In this document: positions 21,918 through 31,922 of the stretch, in pieces | Layout: every line of letters starts with the position of its first letter | Numbering within the stretch: position 1 is the stretch's first letter | NCBI GenBank assembly: GCA_030141605.1 | Contig: JAQGDQ010000440.1 | Coordinates: 133,146-197,145, forward strand | Source of the DNA: Tubiluchus corallicola | Taxonomy: Eukaryota > Animalia > Priapulida | Direction of reading: 5' to 3' | DNA: 64,000 nt | Program-made: the position numbers and the translations under genes | The notes under the pieces: generated by a model | What the model was told of the DNA's origin: nothing | Database searches by the model: none | Seen by the model: only the letters and a program-made list of their open reading frames with translations

Positions 21918-22052
21918 GATCCTTGCAGAGCAGAATGCTTTGGCTCAAATTAAGGAAGAATTTGATAAAAACAGCAGTTTACTGACGTAAACAGGGACTT
22001 TGAAGAGGATTTTGATGAAAATATTAATAAAAAGATGAGCTTTGCAAAAGCA
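21918..22052 (+). repeat. Element A copy (well preserved)
   Basis: CCTTGCAGAGC ... AAACAGCAG-TTTAC-TGAC-GTAAA ... AATATTAATAAAAAGATGAGCTTTGCAAAAGC. Confidence 0.9.
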
Positions 22053-22109
22053 TTAGTATAATAGCCAGAGTGAGCTCTCACAAGAAAATACTGCTAAGTA
22101 TAACTTAAT

Positions 22110-22892
22110 ATGGCAACTTTTTTATTTGACAAAACAATTTTTGGGCCCGTTTATAGCCGGAGACTGGGTACCTCATTGGGAATAAACTTACTCCCCAACA
22201 ATTCAAAAGTGTGCTCATTCAGTTGCATCTATTGCGAATGTGGCTGGAGCTCAGGAAATAAAGTAGAAAGCAGTGCATTACCTTCACGAGAAGAGGTCAA
22301 AATACTTCTTCGCAAACAACTGGAGGATATGCTCGAAAAGTCAAACCCACCTGATGTGATAACATTTGCAGGAAATGGTGAACCCACACTACATCCCGAT
22401 TTTTTGGGAATTGTGGAAGACACCATTAAGGTGAGAAATAAGCTTTTCCCCAAAGCCAGGATAGCCGTTCTATCCAACTCCACAATGCTTCACAAGCAAG
22501 ATGTAGTAAATGCTCTTAAAAAGGTGGATGATAATATTCTGAAGTTTGACTCCGTATTCCCAAAAACTATCCAACTGCTTGACTGTCCAGCTGATAATTT
22601 TAATCTTAATACCACAATTGAAAACCTGAAGAAATTCAAAAAAACACAAATAATTCAGGTCATGCTTGTCAAGGGAGAGTACAAGGGGCAAATAGTGGAT
22701 AACACTACAGAGAAAGAGCTTGCGGGACTGATTGAAGCACTAAAAGATATACGCCCAAGGCAGATAATGATATATACCATTGAGCGTGACACTCCCGCCA
22801 AAAATCTTCACAAAGTACCGCCGGAGGAATTAAAACAGATTGCTACTCGCTTTGAAAAAGAACTGGATATACCTGTTCAGGTAAGCGTATAA
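22110..22892 (+). CDS. Radical SAM protein
   Basis: CSFSCIYC (CxxxCxxC), GPVYSRRLG, FAGNGEPTLHP. Confidence 0.9.
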   Translation: MATFLFDKTIFGPVYSRRLGTSLGINLLPNNSKVCSFSCIYCECGWSSGNKVESSALPSREEVKILLRKQLEDMLEKSNPPDVITFAGNGEPTLHPDFLGIVEDTIKVRNKLFPKARIAVLSNSTMLHKQDVVNALKKVDDNILKFDSVFPKTIQLLDCPADNFNLNTTIENLKKFKKTQIIQVMLVKGEYKGQIVDNTTEKELAGLIEALKDIRPRQIMIYTIERDTPAKNLHKVPPEELKQIATRFEKELDIPVQVSV

Positions 22893-22936
22893 ACAGATAG
22901 CACCAATACTTATGTGGTTCAGGATGATATTCCCTA

Positions 22937-23539
22937 CTAATCTCTCTTCATAATGCCGTAGCATATAATTCTCAAAATAGCATCAACACTATTTGCAAGA
23001 TTAGCATCCTTATAAGTACCAGCCGACAGCGGTACCTCCAACCCGCGTATTGCCTTTGTAATACCTATTGCAGCAAGGGTGAAATCTTTAATAGCAAACT
23101 TTCCATAGCGCGCCCCTTCCAGCAAAATTCTTTTCATCATGCGAACCTCCTCATGGTCATACCTCGACTTTATTTTATCCACAAACCCAACTGCGGCCTC
23201 ATCCTTTTCTATAGCATTATAAAAATTGGCAAGCTTACGATAAGTACTCATTTTAGTCAAGATATAATCTCGGAGCTTGTCCTCAGGAGCAATTGTTTTG
23301 GCCAGCACTTTCGCCAGCTCATTTCTCAGAATATTCGCCTCTTTCTGAATCACAGCCTGAAAAAGATCTTCCTTGCTGTCAAAGTAATAGTACAGCGAAC
23401 TTTTACCCTTTCTTACAGCATTGGCAATATCATCAATGGTCGTTTTGCGATACCCGTACTTACTGAAAATATCTTGTGCTGTGGCTAAGATAGTCTCACG
23501 TACAGCGTCTCGTTTAGAACTTCCGTTTTCTATCCTCAT
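22937..23539 (-). CDS. TetR/AcrR family transcriptional regulator
   Basis: N-terminal HTH: FSKYGYRKTTIDDIA ... KSSLYYYFDSKEDLF. Confidence 0.92.
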   Translation of the reverse strand: MRIENGSSKRDAVRETILATAQDIFSKYGYRKTTIDDIANAVRKGKSSLYYYFDSKEDLFQAVIQKEANILRNELAKVLAKTIAPEDKLRDYILTKMSTYRKLANFYNAIEKDEAAVGFVDKIKSRYDHEEVRMMKRILLEGARYGKFAIKDFTLAAIGITKAIRGLEVPLSAGTYKDANLANSVDAILRIICYGIMKRD

Positions 23540-23622
23540 TCTCGGCTTAACTTACCATTAAACATATTTCCAAATATAAACATTTTAAATCTACAAGAAA
23601 ATTGACAACGCTTTGGGAATAT

Positions 23623-23850
23623 TGTAAGTCCCCCTTATCTAGCTATGCTCTAAACTATATGGTTTTCATCATTTTTTGTCGTATCAAATAAGGAAAAACT
23701 AGCCTTTCCTTATTTAGCTGAAAACTCAATTGGCACCATGTTTTTCAAAACACCATAAGCTCTTTTCTCATTATAATGTTCTGTCCATTGCTCAGGATTA
23801 AAAAACTCTTACTAGAGGATATGAATTAAATACATAGGCATTACCTGTAG
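23623..23850 (-). pseudogene. IS3-family transposase 3' remnant with terminal repeat
   Basis: Minus strand reads NAYVFNS ... EQWTEHYNEKRAYGVLKNMVPIEFSAK*, resembling the end of an IS3 integrase core; terminus TGTAAGTCCCCC at 23623. Confidence 0.6.
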
Positions 23851-23935
23851 CTTCTGTTAAAACATTCAACCAAATTGTTTTGTAATGGACATTAAATATA
23901 ATTGATCCTTATTCGGCTTTTCTGATTGAACATTA

Positions 23936-24364
23936 TCAACTTTGTGATCCGTTTTGTGGTTCGGCAAAATAAAGTATGTAGCCATTCAAATCTTTAACCA
24001 CAAATTCATCCGAACCATAAAAAGTTTTATGTAAATCTTTTACAACTTCAACTTTATCTTTTACCTTCTCATAGAGATCTTTTATACCTTGCATGGAAAT
24101 ATACAGGGTGAATGTACCACCAACCTCTCTCCCTTTCATTTCTGGCAGTTCTGTAATAAAACTGTCTTTCCTTTGTAACATTATTTCTACGTCGCCATTT
24201 CTGATCATCGCCCAAATTAGAGATGCTTCAGTCACAGAATCACCCATTTTGAGCTCTTTCTGCTCATCAACTCCCATCACAATTTGAAACTCCAAGTTGC
24301 TTTTGTAATACTCAGCAGTTGCGTTTACATCAGCAACCATAATGTTTGGTGAAATCTTTTTCAT
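23936..24364 (-). CDS. VOC/glyoxalase family protein
   Basis: MKKISPNIMVADV ... TFYGSDEFVVKDLNGYILYFAE. Start moved to the ATG at 24364 (ORF track starts at 24466). Confidence 0.82.
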   Translation of the reverse strand: MKKISPNIMVADVNATAEYYKSNLEFQIVMGVDEQKELKMGDSVTEASLIWAMIRNGDVEIMLQRKDSFITELPEMKGREVGGTFTLYISMQGIKDLYEKVKDKVEVVKDLHKTFYGSDEFVVKDLNGYILYFAEPQNGSQS

Positions 24365-24831
24365 AGCTTTTGTGTTTAAATCATTAATAATATTTTGTTT
24401 ATCCCTATTTTCTAGTTGTTGATTTCCCACAAATATAAAACTTATCACAACAATTGCAATAATCATAAAAATTAAAGTTGTTATTTCTTTTCAGTTTTTC
24501 ATAGCACCTTGATTATATGTGGTCTTAGCTTATGTTGAAGTGTATAAAGTCGACACTGTTTCATGACTTGGGTTAAAGTCTATTAAGTTCTTATACTCGC
24601 GATTAAGATGTGCTTGATCAAAATACCCAGAAGACAATTAGGGGAAACTTGAGATACATGTCAGGATTTCAGCCCATTACAGAAAGTTATTTATTGAATC
24701 GTAATTTCTCAAAAGTTGTTTTTAATTGTAGCTCAATACTTAAAACAACACCTTCAACTTTTGCAAATGGATCAACTGCAGAGCTTCGTTCTACTAGCAA
24801 TTCTGTCGAAACTGACAAAACCGCAAATTTG

Positions 24832-24916
24832 CGGAGAGAGAGGGATTCGAACCCCCGGTGCCTCGCGGCACAACGGTTTTCAAGACCGCCGCATTCGACC
24901 ACTCTGCCATCTCTCC
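24832..24916 (-). tRNA. tRNA-Ser(TGA)
   Basis: GGAGAGA acceptor stem, anticodon loop CTTGAAA, long variable arm, GGTTCGAATCC T-arm; CCA not encoded. Confidence 0.97.
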
Positions 24917-24929
24917 AAACGAGCGAATG

Positions 24930-24937
24930 CAAAAGTA
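24930..24937 (-). promoter_or_regulatory. -7 promoter element of tRNA-Ser
   Basis: TACTTTTG on the minus strand, 13 nt upstream of the tRNA 5' end. Confidence 0.65.
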
Positions 24938-25205
24938 GGAGTTTTTTTTGTAAAAAATTTATTCTGTAAAAACTTTTACCCTGTAAAATAGAAAAATATC
25001 TTAAAAATTTTGTTTTTACTAACAATTTTAACAACTTAGCGTCAATTTATAAATGTACTGCTTGTGAAGGCGTTATTTTTACCTTTACAAATTATTTAAA
25101 AAAATTTCATTTCTTTGTTTAGTGGTTAATATAAACCCACAATTTTACCAGAGATGAAGTGATTAAAATTTAATTGATTATTTTACAGTATTAAATGATT
25201 TTACT

Positions 25206-25478
25206 ATGAACAAAGCTCAACTAATTGATGCTATTGCAAGTGAGGCAAGCATCACAAAAGCTGACGCAAAGAAAGCCCTGGATGCTTTTATTAAGACTAC
25301 ATCTAACACATTAAAACAAGGCAATAGAGTTGCCCTTGTCGGGTTTGGCTCATTTGCTATTTCAGAGCGTCCTGCTCGTCAGGGTAGAAATCCTCAAACT
25401 GGCGCTGTGATTAACATTCCCAAAAAGAATGTCATTAAGTTCAAAGCCGGCAGTGAACTTACAGATAGCGTGCAGTAG
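25206..25478 (+). CDS. hup: DNA-binding protein HU
   Basis: MNKAQLIDAIA ... LVGFGSF ... GRNPQTG ... FKAGSEL. Confidence 0.96.
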   Translation: MNKAQLIDAIASEASITKADAKKALDAFIKTTSNTLKQGNRVALVGFGSFAISERPARQGRNPQTGAVINIPKKNVIKFKAGSELTDSVQ

Positions 25479-25507
25479 AAACACCTGAAGGAAGAAATTG
25501 AATAGAG

Positions 25508-25543
25508 AGGGAGGAAACCTGCTGGAGTTCTCCCTTTTTATTT
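25508..25543 (+). terminator. Possible intrinsic terminator after hup
   Basis: AGGGAG ... CTCCCT stem followed by TTTTATTT. Confidence 0.45.
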
Positions 25544-25688
25544 CTACTTACTGTTGTTTATACCTCCATAATAGCAATTTCTTAACATGCTTCCTCATAC
25601 TTTGAAGAGTTGCACCTTACTGTAAGTTTATCCCCCCGCGGTAACTTTTGATATGTTCTCAGTATATATTACAGGCAATACAATATAA

Positions 25689-26363
25689 ATGAGCGACGGT
25701 CTAATTGACTTTTTATCAAAGTACTTAACACCTGAAAGGAAGTTGCTGTTCAATAATATATTGGAAAACAGGACAAAATACTTCTCCGTTGTTTTAGAAG
25801 ACATATACCAGCCACAAAATGCAAGTGCCGTACTAAGATCATGCGACTGTTTCGGAGTGCAAAACATTAACGTTATTGAGAATAATAACAAATTTAGGAT
25901 CAGTGACAATGTTGCCCTGGGATCATCAAAGTGGCTCTCCATTACTAAATACAACAACCGAGCAGATAATACTTATGAATGCCTGCAAAACCTTAAAAAA
26001 GAAGGATATCGCATTGTTGCAACATCCCCTTCTGAAAGCGCCACATCTCTATATGACTTGGACTTGAATAAGGGAAAAGCAGCCCTGGTATTTGGAACCG
26101 AACTCACAGGAGTGTCAAAGTGTGTAAAAGAGAACGCAGATGAGGTAATAAATATACCTATGTTTGGATTCACAGAAAGCTTTAACATATCTGTATCTGC
26201 TGCTATTGTGCTACACTACTTAACCCTCAAGCTTAGAACCTCCACTATCCATTGGAAGCTGTCCGACATCGAAAAACAGGAGATAAAGCTGGAGTGGATC
26301 AGAAAAACAGTAAAAAAAGCAGAACTTCTAGGAAAATTTATAAACAATAAGAAAATACGCTAA
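25689..26363 (+). CDS. trmH: TrmH/SpoU family RNA 2'-O-methyltransferase
   Basis: NASAVLRSCDCFG, LVFGTELTG, IPMFGFTESFNISVSAAI. Confidence 0.85.
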   Translation: MSDGLIDFLSKYLTPERKLLFNNILENRTKYFSVVLEDIYQPQNASAVLRSCDCFGVQNINVIENNNKFRISDNVALGSSKWLSITKYNNRADNTYECLQNLKKEGYRIVATSPSESATSLYDLDLNKGKAALVFGTELTGVSKCVKENADEVINIPMFGFTESFNISVSAAIVLHYLTLKLRTSTIHWKLSDIEKQEIKLEWIRKTVKKAELLGKFINNKKIR

Positions 26364-26395
26364 CTCGCTTTGATGAGAGTCGCATTGTAACACAA

Positions 26396-26517
26396 AACCT
26401 TTGCAAGGCGAAATATTTTGGCTTAAATTGAGAACAAATTTGATGAGAAACCACAATTTACTAGCATAAATGAGGAGCTTGACAAAAGATTAATAAAAAC
26501 ATGTTTTGCAAAGACTT
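26396..26517 (+). repeat. Element A copy
   Basis: ACCTTTGCAAGGCGAAATATTTTGG ... TTTAC-TAGC-ATAAATGAGG ... TTTTGCAAAGAC. Confidence 0.88.
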
Positions 26518-26571
26518 AATTGCTAGTGCTGTACAGCACTTCTTCTTCAATAAAAAAAGATAATAAGCGCT

Positions 26572-27321
26572 ATGAATTGTATGATTATAGATGACGATAA
26601 GCTTAGCAGAAAAATTCTGAACAGCTATGCTGAAAAAGTTGATTCAATTGCAAAATGCTTTTCTATTGGCAGCGCAGTAGAAGCAATAAACTTCCTTCAA
26701 AAAAAAGAGGAGAAGGTAGACCTGATCTTTCTTGATATTGAAATGCCTGAAATGAGTGGTATGGAATTTATGGGAATGATGGAGAAGCCTCCACAAATTA
26801 TTATTGTCTCTTCCCATGATAAGTACGCGCTACCCGCTTTTAATTACGATGTAGCCGACTATCTGCTCAAACCGGTAGATTTTTCGCGCTTTATGAGAGC
26901 AGTGAATCGTGTACACGAAAAAATAAGAGAGAGAGAAGCCGCTCAGGCAGGCTCTACTGACAAAGATATTAGTGCCGACGACAGAGATGGTGACGTTATA
27001 TGGATAAAAAGCAACTTTAAGCTTGAACCCGTAAATATATGTGATATATGGTATGTGGAATCACTTGAAAACTACTCTATTTTACACACACGCAATGGGA
27101 AACGCACGGTGCATCTTACGTTAAAAGCCCTAAGCAGCAAGCTCCCCAATAGGCTGTTCTACAGAACACATCGCTCCTACATAATTAATGTGAAAAATAT
27201 AAAAAGTATCAAAGGGAACTCCGTTGAAATTGAATCTCAGGATGGGACACAAACCCTTCCACTTGGGAAATCATACAGAGACCATCTGCTTAAAGACATA
27301 GGTTCTCTTACCTTCAAGTAA
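26572..27321 (+). CDS. LytR/AlgR family response regulator
   Basis: Receiver domain (IIDDD, FLDIEMP, YLLKP) plus LytTR domain (RTHRSYIIN). Confidence 0.93.
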   Translation: MNCMIIDDDKLSRKILNSYAEKVDSIAKCFSIGSAVEAINFLQKKEEKVDLIFLDIEMPEMSGMEFMGMMEKPPQIIIVSSHDKYALPAFNYDVADYLLKPVDFSRFMRAVNRVHEKIREREAAQAGSTDKDISADDRDGDVIWIKSNFKLEPVNICDIWYVESLENYSILHTRNGKRTVHLTLKALSSKLPNRLFYRTHRSYIINVKNIKSIKGNSVEIESQDGTQTLPLGKSYRDHLLKDIGSLTFK

Positions 27322-27387
27322 CTTTGCTATTAGCATATAGCTTGAGCTTATAACACGTATTATTTTTTGAAAAAGTGAAATAAAAGT

Positions 27388-28563
27388 ATGACAAAATATA
27401 ATTTTGATGAAAAGATAGAACGCAGGGGCTCCAACTGTATCAAATATGATAAACTAAAAGACTATTTTGGAAAGGCAGACGCAATGCCTCTATGGGTTGC
27501 GGATACCGATTTCAGAGTACCCGACTTTATAGTAGACGCAATGCAAAAAAGGCTGGGGCATGGAATTTTTGGATATTCATATCGCCCGGAGTCATACTTT
27601 AACGCTGTTACCTCCTGGATGAAGAGAAGACACGGATGGAATATAAAAAAAGATTGGGTTAGTTCAAGCCCGGGCGTGGTCTCAGCTATTACAACAGCCA
27701 TTATGGCCTTTTCAAAGCCAGGTGATAAAGTGATAATCCAGCCACCTGTATACTTCCCTTTTTTCACATGTGTACGTGGTTCAAATCGAAAAATAGTTGA
27801 AAACCCGCTGGTAGTCAAAGACGAGAGATATACCTTTGACTTTGATGATCTTGCAAGTAAGATTGATGCCAATACCCGGCTACTTGTACTATGCAACCCC
27901 CAAAACCCCGGAGGCATGGTATGGAAACATGAGGAACTTGAAGAACTGGGACGCATTTGTGCAAAAAAAGAGATTATAGTTATATCTGATGAAATTCACT
28001 CCGATCTGGTTTTTAGCGGGCACAAACATATCCCACTACCTTGTATCTCAACATGGCTGAGGGATAACTGTATTGTTTGTATGGCTCCAAATAAAACATT
28101 TAACATTGCCGGACTAGCCTCAGCAGTAGTAATTGCACCCAATAAAAAACTTTACCTGAGGTATGAGCAAATGCTGAATGTTATCCATGTACATGGGGGA
28201 AATATCTTTGGAAACATAGCAACAGAAGCTGCATATCTACATGGAGAAGAGTGGCTGGGACAGCTTATAGACTATCTGGAGGAGACCCGTAATTTTGTTG
28301 TAGAATACTTCAAAGTGCATCTACCCAAAGTTAAAGTGATGAAGCCGGAAGCCACCTTTCTTATGTGGCTGGACTTTAACAGTTATGGAATCCCAGAAGA
28401 CAAAGTTTTTCACAAATTGATAAACGATGCCGGAATTGCAATGAATAAAGGCAGCATGTTCGGTACAGGAGGAGAGGGATACTTTCGATTGAATATAGGA
28501 TGCCCAAGATCTACATTAACAGATGCCCTGAACAAAATACGGGAAGCTTTCAAACATATATGA
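27388..28563 (+). CDS. MalY/PatB family PLP-dependent C-S lyase
   Basis: PLWVADTDF, LCNPQNPGG, SDEIHSDL, APNKTFNIAGL, RLNIGCPR. Confidence 0.9.
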   Translation: MTKYNFDEKIERRGSNCIKYDKLKDYFGKADAMPLWVADTDFRVPDFIVDAMQKRLGHGIFGYSYRPESYFNAVTSWMKRRHGWNIKKDWVSSSPGVVSAITTAIMAFSKPGDKVIIQPPVYFPFFTCVRGSNRKIVENPLVVKDERYTFDFDDLASKIDANTRLLVLCNPQNPGGMVWKHEELEELGRICAKKEIIVISDEIHSDLVFSGHKHIPLPCISTWLRDNCIVCMAPNKTFNIAGLASAVVIAPNKKLYLRYEQMLNVIHVHGGNIFGNIATEAAYLHGEEWLGQLIDYLEETRNFVVEYFKVHLPKVKVMKPEATFLMWLDFNSYGIPEDKVFHKLINDAGIAMNKGSMFGTGGEGYFRLNIGCPRSTLTDALNKIREAFKHI

Positions 28564-28571
28564 TCCCCAGC

Positions 28572-29552
28572 CTAACATATCCTGGAGATTATCATATCCG
28601 CAATTTCGCGTAGTGCATTTTTTTCATCACAAATAGTTAACTTTTCCAAGTACTCCAGCGCTTTTTGGTGGTATCTCAATATCTCCTTTTTTACATACTC
28701 TCCAGCCCCTGTTTCATTGTAAATACGGGTAACGGTCTCTACCCTTTTGTCCGAGTCGATACTACTATCGCTTATTTGATATTGAAGCTGGGCCGCCTGA
28801 TCCTTATCCGACAGTTTTAGCGCCTTTAAAAAGAGGTATGTTTTTTTGTTTGAACGTATATCTCCCCCAATCTCCTTCCCTACTATATCCGAATTGCCAT
28901 ATACATCAAGCCAGTCATCCCGGAGTTGAAATGCAATACCTATGTTTATACCAAACTTATACAGCAGAGCCACATCCTCATCTACAGCATTCCCAATAAT
29001 TGCTCCCAGCTTAAGGCTGCACGCAAGCAGTACAGCGGTTTTAAGCCGAATCATGTTAATATACTCATCGACAGATACACTCTGCCTATTTTCAAACTCT
29101 ATGTCAAGTTGTTGTCCTTCACAAACTTCAAGGGCCGTATTGGAAAAAATAGATAAGGCTTTTGATAAATGAGATGCCGGGAGCTTTCCCAAAAACTTGT
29201 AAGCCAGTATTGACATCGCATCTCCGCTCAGTATTGCCGTATTTTCATCGTATTTCTCGTGTACTGTTTTGCTACCCCTTCGCATACTAGCATGATCCAT
29301 TATATCATCATGCAGTAAGGTGAAATTATGGAAAATCTCTATAGCAATTGCAGCAGGAATTGCAACAGAAACATCTTTGCGATAAAGACTTGTTGCCAAA
29401 AGAAGCAAAGCGGGACGGATGCGCTTTCCACCTATACTAAAAATATACTTTACCGGCTCATAAAGCCCTTTGTATGACTCTCCACCCAAGGCTTCAAGCT
29501 CCTTTTCCATAGCCTTGTCAAACAGCACTCTATACTTTTCAATCGACTTCAT
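28572..29552 (-). CDS. Polyprenyl diphosphate synthase
   Basis: GGKRIRP, LLHDDIMD, RRG, FQLRDDWLD. Confidence 0.92.
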   Translation of the reverse strand: MKSIEKYRVLFDKAMEKELEALGGESYKGLYEPVKYIFSIGGKRIRPALLLLATSLYRKDVSVAIPAAIAIEIFHNFTLLHDDIMDHASMRRGSKTVHEKYDENTAILSGDAMSILAYKFLGKLPASHLSKALSIFSNTALEVCEGQQLDIEFENRQSVSVDEYINMIRLKTAVLLACSLKLGAIIGNAVDEDVALLYKFGINIGIAFQLRDDWLDVYGNSDIVGKEIGGDIRSNKKTYLFLKALKLSDKDQAAQLQYQISDSSIDSDKRVETVTRIYNETGAGEYVKKEILRYHQKALEYLEKLTICDEKNALREIADMIISRIC

Positions 29553-29637
29553 TTTCTTTATAGCTTTTTATACAGAGATCAGAACGCTCTATCTCTCCCC
29601 TATTAAAAAATTTCAGGTGCGGAATTCTTATTAAAAC

Positions 29638-29783
29638 ACTTTGCGACAGACACTCTTGACTCAAAATTTACCTGCAGCCTGTTAATATCTCGTCAAAATC
29701 CTCTTCAAAATCCTTATATACACTAGCAAATTGCTGCCTTTCGCTAAATTTCCCCTCAACTTGAACTCAAAAAATGACGCTTA
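29638..29783 (-). repeat. Element A copy
   Basis: Reverse complement contains TTGAGGGGAAATTTAG ... TTTGC-TAGT-GTATATAAGGATTTTGAAGAGGATTTTGACGAGATATTAAC. Confidence 0.8.
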
Positions 29784-29908
29784 AAAAAATAAAATCCCAA
29801 AATAAGCATAAAAGAGTGTATTTGAAAAAGCAGCAGCTATTGGTATTTTACGAAAGTATCATACAGGTCCATAGCTTCTCACAACAAGATAACAAGAAAA
29901 GACACTAG

Positions 29909-30022
29909 ACCCTTGCTGAGCTCATCTTTTTATTAATACTTTTATCAAAACTCTCACCTACGCTAGTAAACTGCTATTTTTTTATCAAGTTTATCCTCAA
30001 TCTGAATCCAAACTCACAAAAG
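29909..30022 (-). repeat. Element A copy
   Basis: Reverse complement contains ATTGAGGATAAACTTGATAAAAA ... GCAGTTTACTAGCGTAGG ... TATTAATAAAAAGATGAGCTCAGCAAGGG. Confidence 0.85.
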
Positions 30023-30133
30023 ATACAGGTACTGCACACATGTAGATAGCCACTCCTTAAGCTAAAGCTAAAACTTAACTTATTTAATATTAATGATATA
30101 AAACCAAAAACTTAGTGAATTATAGTGATCTTA

Positions 30134-30430
30134 ACTGCAAGGATTATTGTAACTTCCGTACAAGACCTTGCAGACTATGATAGGAAAATCATCAGATCAA
30201 AATCAGATGAACCTTACAAACTCTGCAAAATAGGAAAACTGCCTTTACACGCTTGATTTTTGCCTCTTTTGCTCCAAAAAGATTCTACTTCAAAAACAAC
30301 TGTTTAATCGTCAATACGAACTGTACTCTTTTTTTTAAACCTTCAGAGGATTTTACTGTATACCAGATCAAAATATACAAATAGTAAACTTTATCTCAAT
30401 AAAGTTAATTCTTAAGGAGCGACTAGATAA
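30134..30430 (+). repeat. Element B copy 2 (internally deleted relative to copy 1)
   Basis: Shares CTGCAAGGATT, AACCTTACAAACTCTG, AATCGTCAATACGA and CCAGATCAAAATATACAA with 3428-3896. Confidence 0.8.
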
Positions 30431-30597
30431 TAAGATTGTGCCATTACACCACTTCCTGCTTGGCTACAAAAGGGTGATAGCTGAAGTAAACCAGATGTGA
30501 AGGATACTATAAACACACGAATTTTAAAATAGTAAGTGTGCCCTCTAACTCATAAGGAGTTATTCTCACAAGAGATGAAAAATATAACGAGAGTCAA

Positions 30598-30993
30598 CTA
30601 TTTTTCCTTGTTTTTAACTGGAGGAGTACCTACTGCTCTGTTATTATCCTCTCTTCCTCCCATCAAACACTTACCCGTAAATACAGCGCCCGGCTCCACA
30701 GACAACTTGCTCATTGAGATATCGCCATCTACAATAGCCGAACTCTTAAGAGACAAAGACTCAGAAGCTGCAATTGTACCATTTACCCTTCCCATAATAT
30801 CGCCAGTCTTACAGAAAATTGCCCCTTCAACATCCGCCTTTTGACCAAGCACAACCCGCCCCTTACACTTAAGATTTCCTTTTACAGTACCATCTATACG
30901 GATATCCCCTGCTGAGTCAATATCTCCTTTTATATTCGTATTGTGTGATATTGTATTAAGCGACTCTAATTCTGGTGGTACTACTTTTGCCAT
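30598..30993 (-). CDS. Bactofilin (polymer-forming cytoskeletal protein)
   Basis: IKGDIDSAGDIRIDGTVKGNL ... VEPGAVFTGKCLM beta-helix pattern. Confidence 0.9.
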   Translation of the reverse strand: MAKVVPPELESLNTISHNTNIKGDIDSAGDIRIDGTVKGNLKCKGRVVLGQKADVEGAIFCKTGDIMGRVNGTIAASESLSLKSSAIVDGDISMSKLSVEPGAVFTGKCLMGGREDNNRAVGTPPVKNKEK

Positions 30994-31109
30994 TTTTTAA
31001 TAAATTATAGTTAGAGAACAAATGAAAAACAAAAACCCATACCTGCAAAAATAACTAACAAAATATGCTTTTATATAAGTAATACAACTAGCAAGCAGCA
31101 CAGAAGTTA

Positions 31110-31295
31110 CTACTCCGCGACACTTTTCTCAATTACCAATTTATTCCTATAAAATCCACACTCACCACACACAGTATGATACTTCACAGCAGCCCCACAA
31201 TTGGAGCAGGCAGAAAGCGTTGTTGGTGTTGCCTTATAATGTGTTCTGCGTTTATCCCTTCTGGATTTAGACGTTTTGCGTTTAGGATGTGCCAT
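31110..31295 (-). CDS. rpmF: 50S ribosomal protein L32
   Basis: MAHPKRKTSKSRRDKRRTHYK with CxxC ... CxxC. Confidence 0.97.
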   Translation of the reverse strand: MAHPKRKTSKSRRDKRRTHYKATPTTLSACSNCGAAVKYHTVCGECGFYRNKLVIEKSVAE

Positions 31296-31311
31296 TCTAA
31301 ATAAACTTTAT

Positions 31312-31839
31312 TTACTTACTTTTATCAACAAGCTCTTTCAACTTATGCCACCTTAGAGCTTCATTGTTACTCTTTTTTATACTTAGCTCATCTATGCGTT
31401 TTAGCATATCCCGATTACAGCCACCTGATCCGCGTTCACCTTCAGGATGAACCCGCCTTATCGGAATACACAACATGATAGACTCATAAATAAGCCAACC
31501 AATATCTATTTGATGCTCACTCGGCTTCAGGTACAGTATATCATCACTCTCCTCCTCCTGTCTCTTGTCACTGAACTTTATATGAAGTTTTGTATCATAA
31601 CTCAACTTCTGCAAATACTTATCAAGGCATCGGTCACATTCCAACTGCACCTCACCTTTCAGCTTAAAGCAGAGTATCATATGTGCAGGGTACTTTTCTA
31701 AATCAACATTAACATGTGCCTGCCCTGCTGTAACTCCTACTTTACTAAGCTTCTCCCAAAAAGAGGCTTCAACATCAAAATCAAAATTGTGAACTCCCTC
31801 CTTTAGTCCTGAAAGCCGAATTATGTATTGCATTTCCAA
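31312..31839 (-). CDS. yceD: YceD/DUF177 family protein
   Basis: ECDRCL motif; directly upstream of rpmF. Confidence 0.88.
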   Translation of the reverse strand: MEMQYIIRLSGLKEGVHNFDFDVEASFWEKLSKVGVTAGQAHVNVDLEKYPAHMILCFKLKGEVQLECDRCLDKYLQKLSYDTKLHIKFSDKRQEEESDDILYLKPSEHQIDIGWLIYESIMLCIPIRRVHPEGERGSGGCNRDMLKRIDELSIKKSNNEALRWHKLKELVDKSK

Positions 31840-31922
31840 AACAACATTCCCCTAAGAAGTTGCGAAGGTATTAATAATTTTTGAGTTACGATGCAGAAAA
31901 AACAGCAAAAAATCAACAGAGA

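Noticed and set aside
24485-24502. In-frame TGA (MKN*KE) as a sign of TGA recoding
   Set aside because: TGA is a normal stop in mutL, mlaE, dacB and others; a nonsense mutation in a relic ORF is the simpler explanation.
24610-25034. ORFs 24610-24969, 24687-25034 and 24716-24991
   Set aside because: Shadow ORFs across tRNA-Ser and its promoter.
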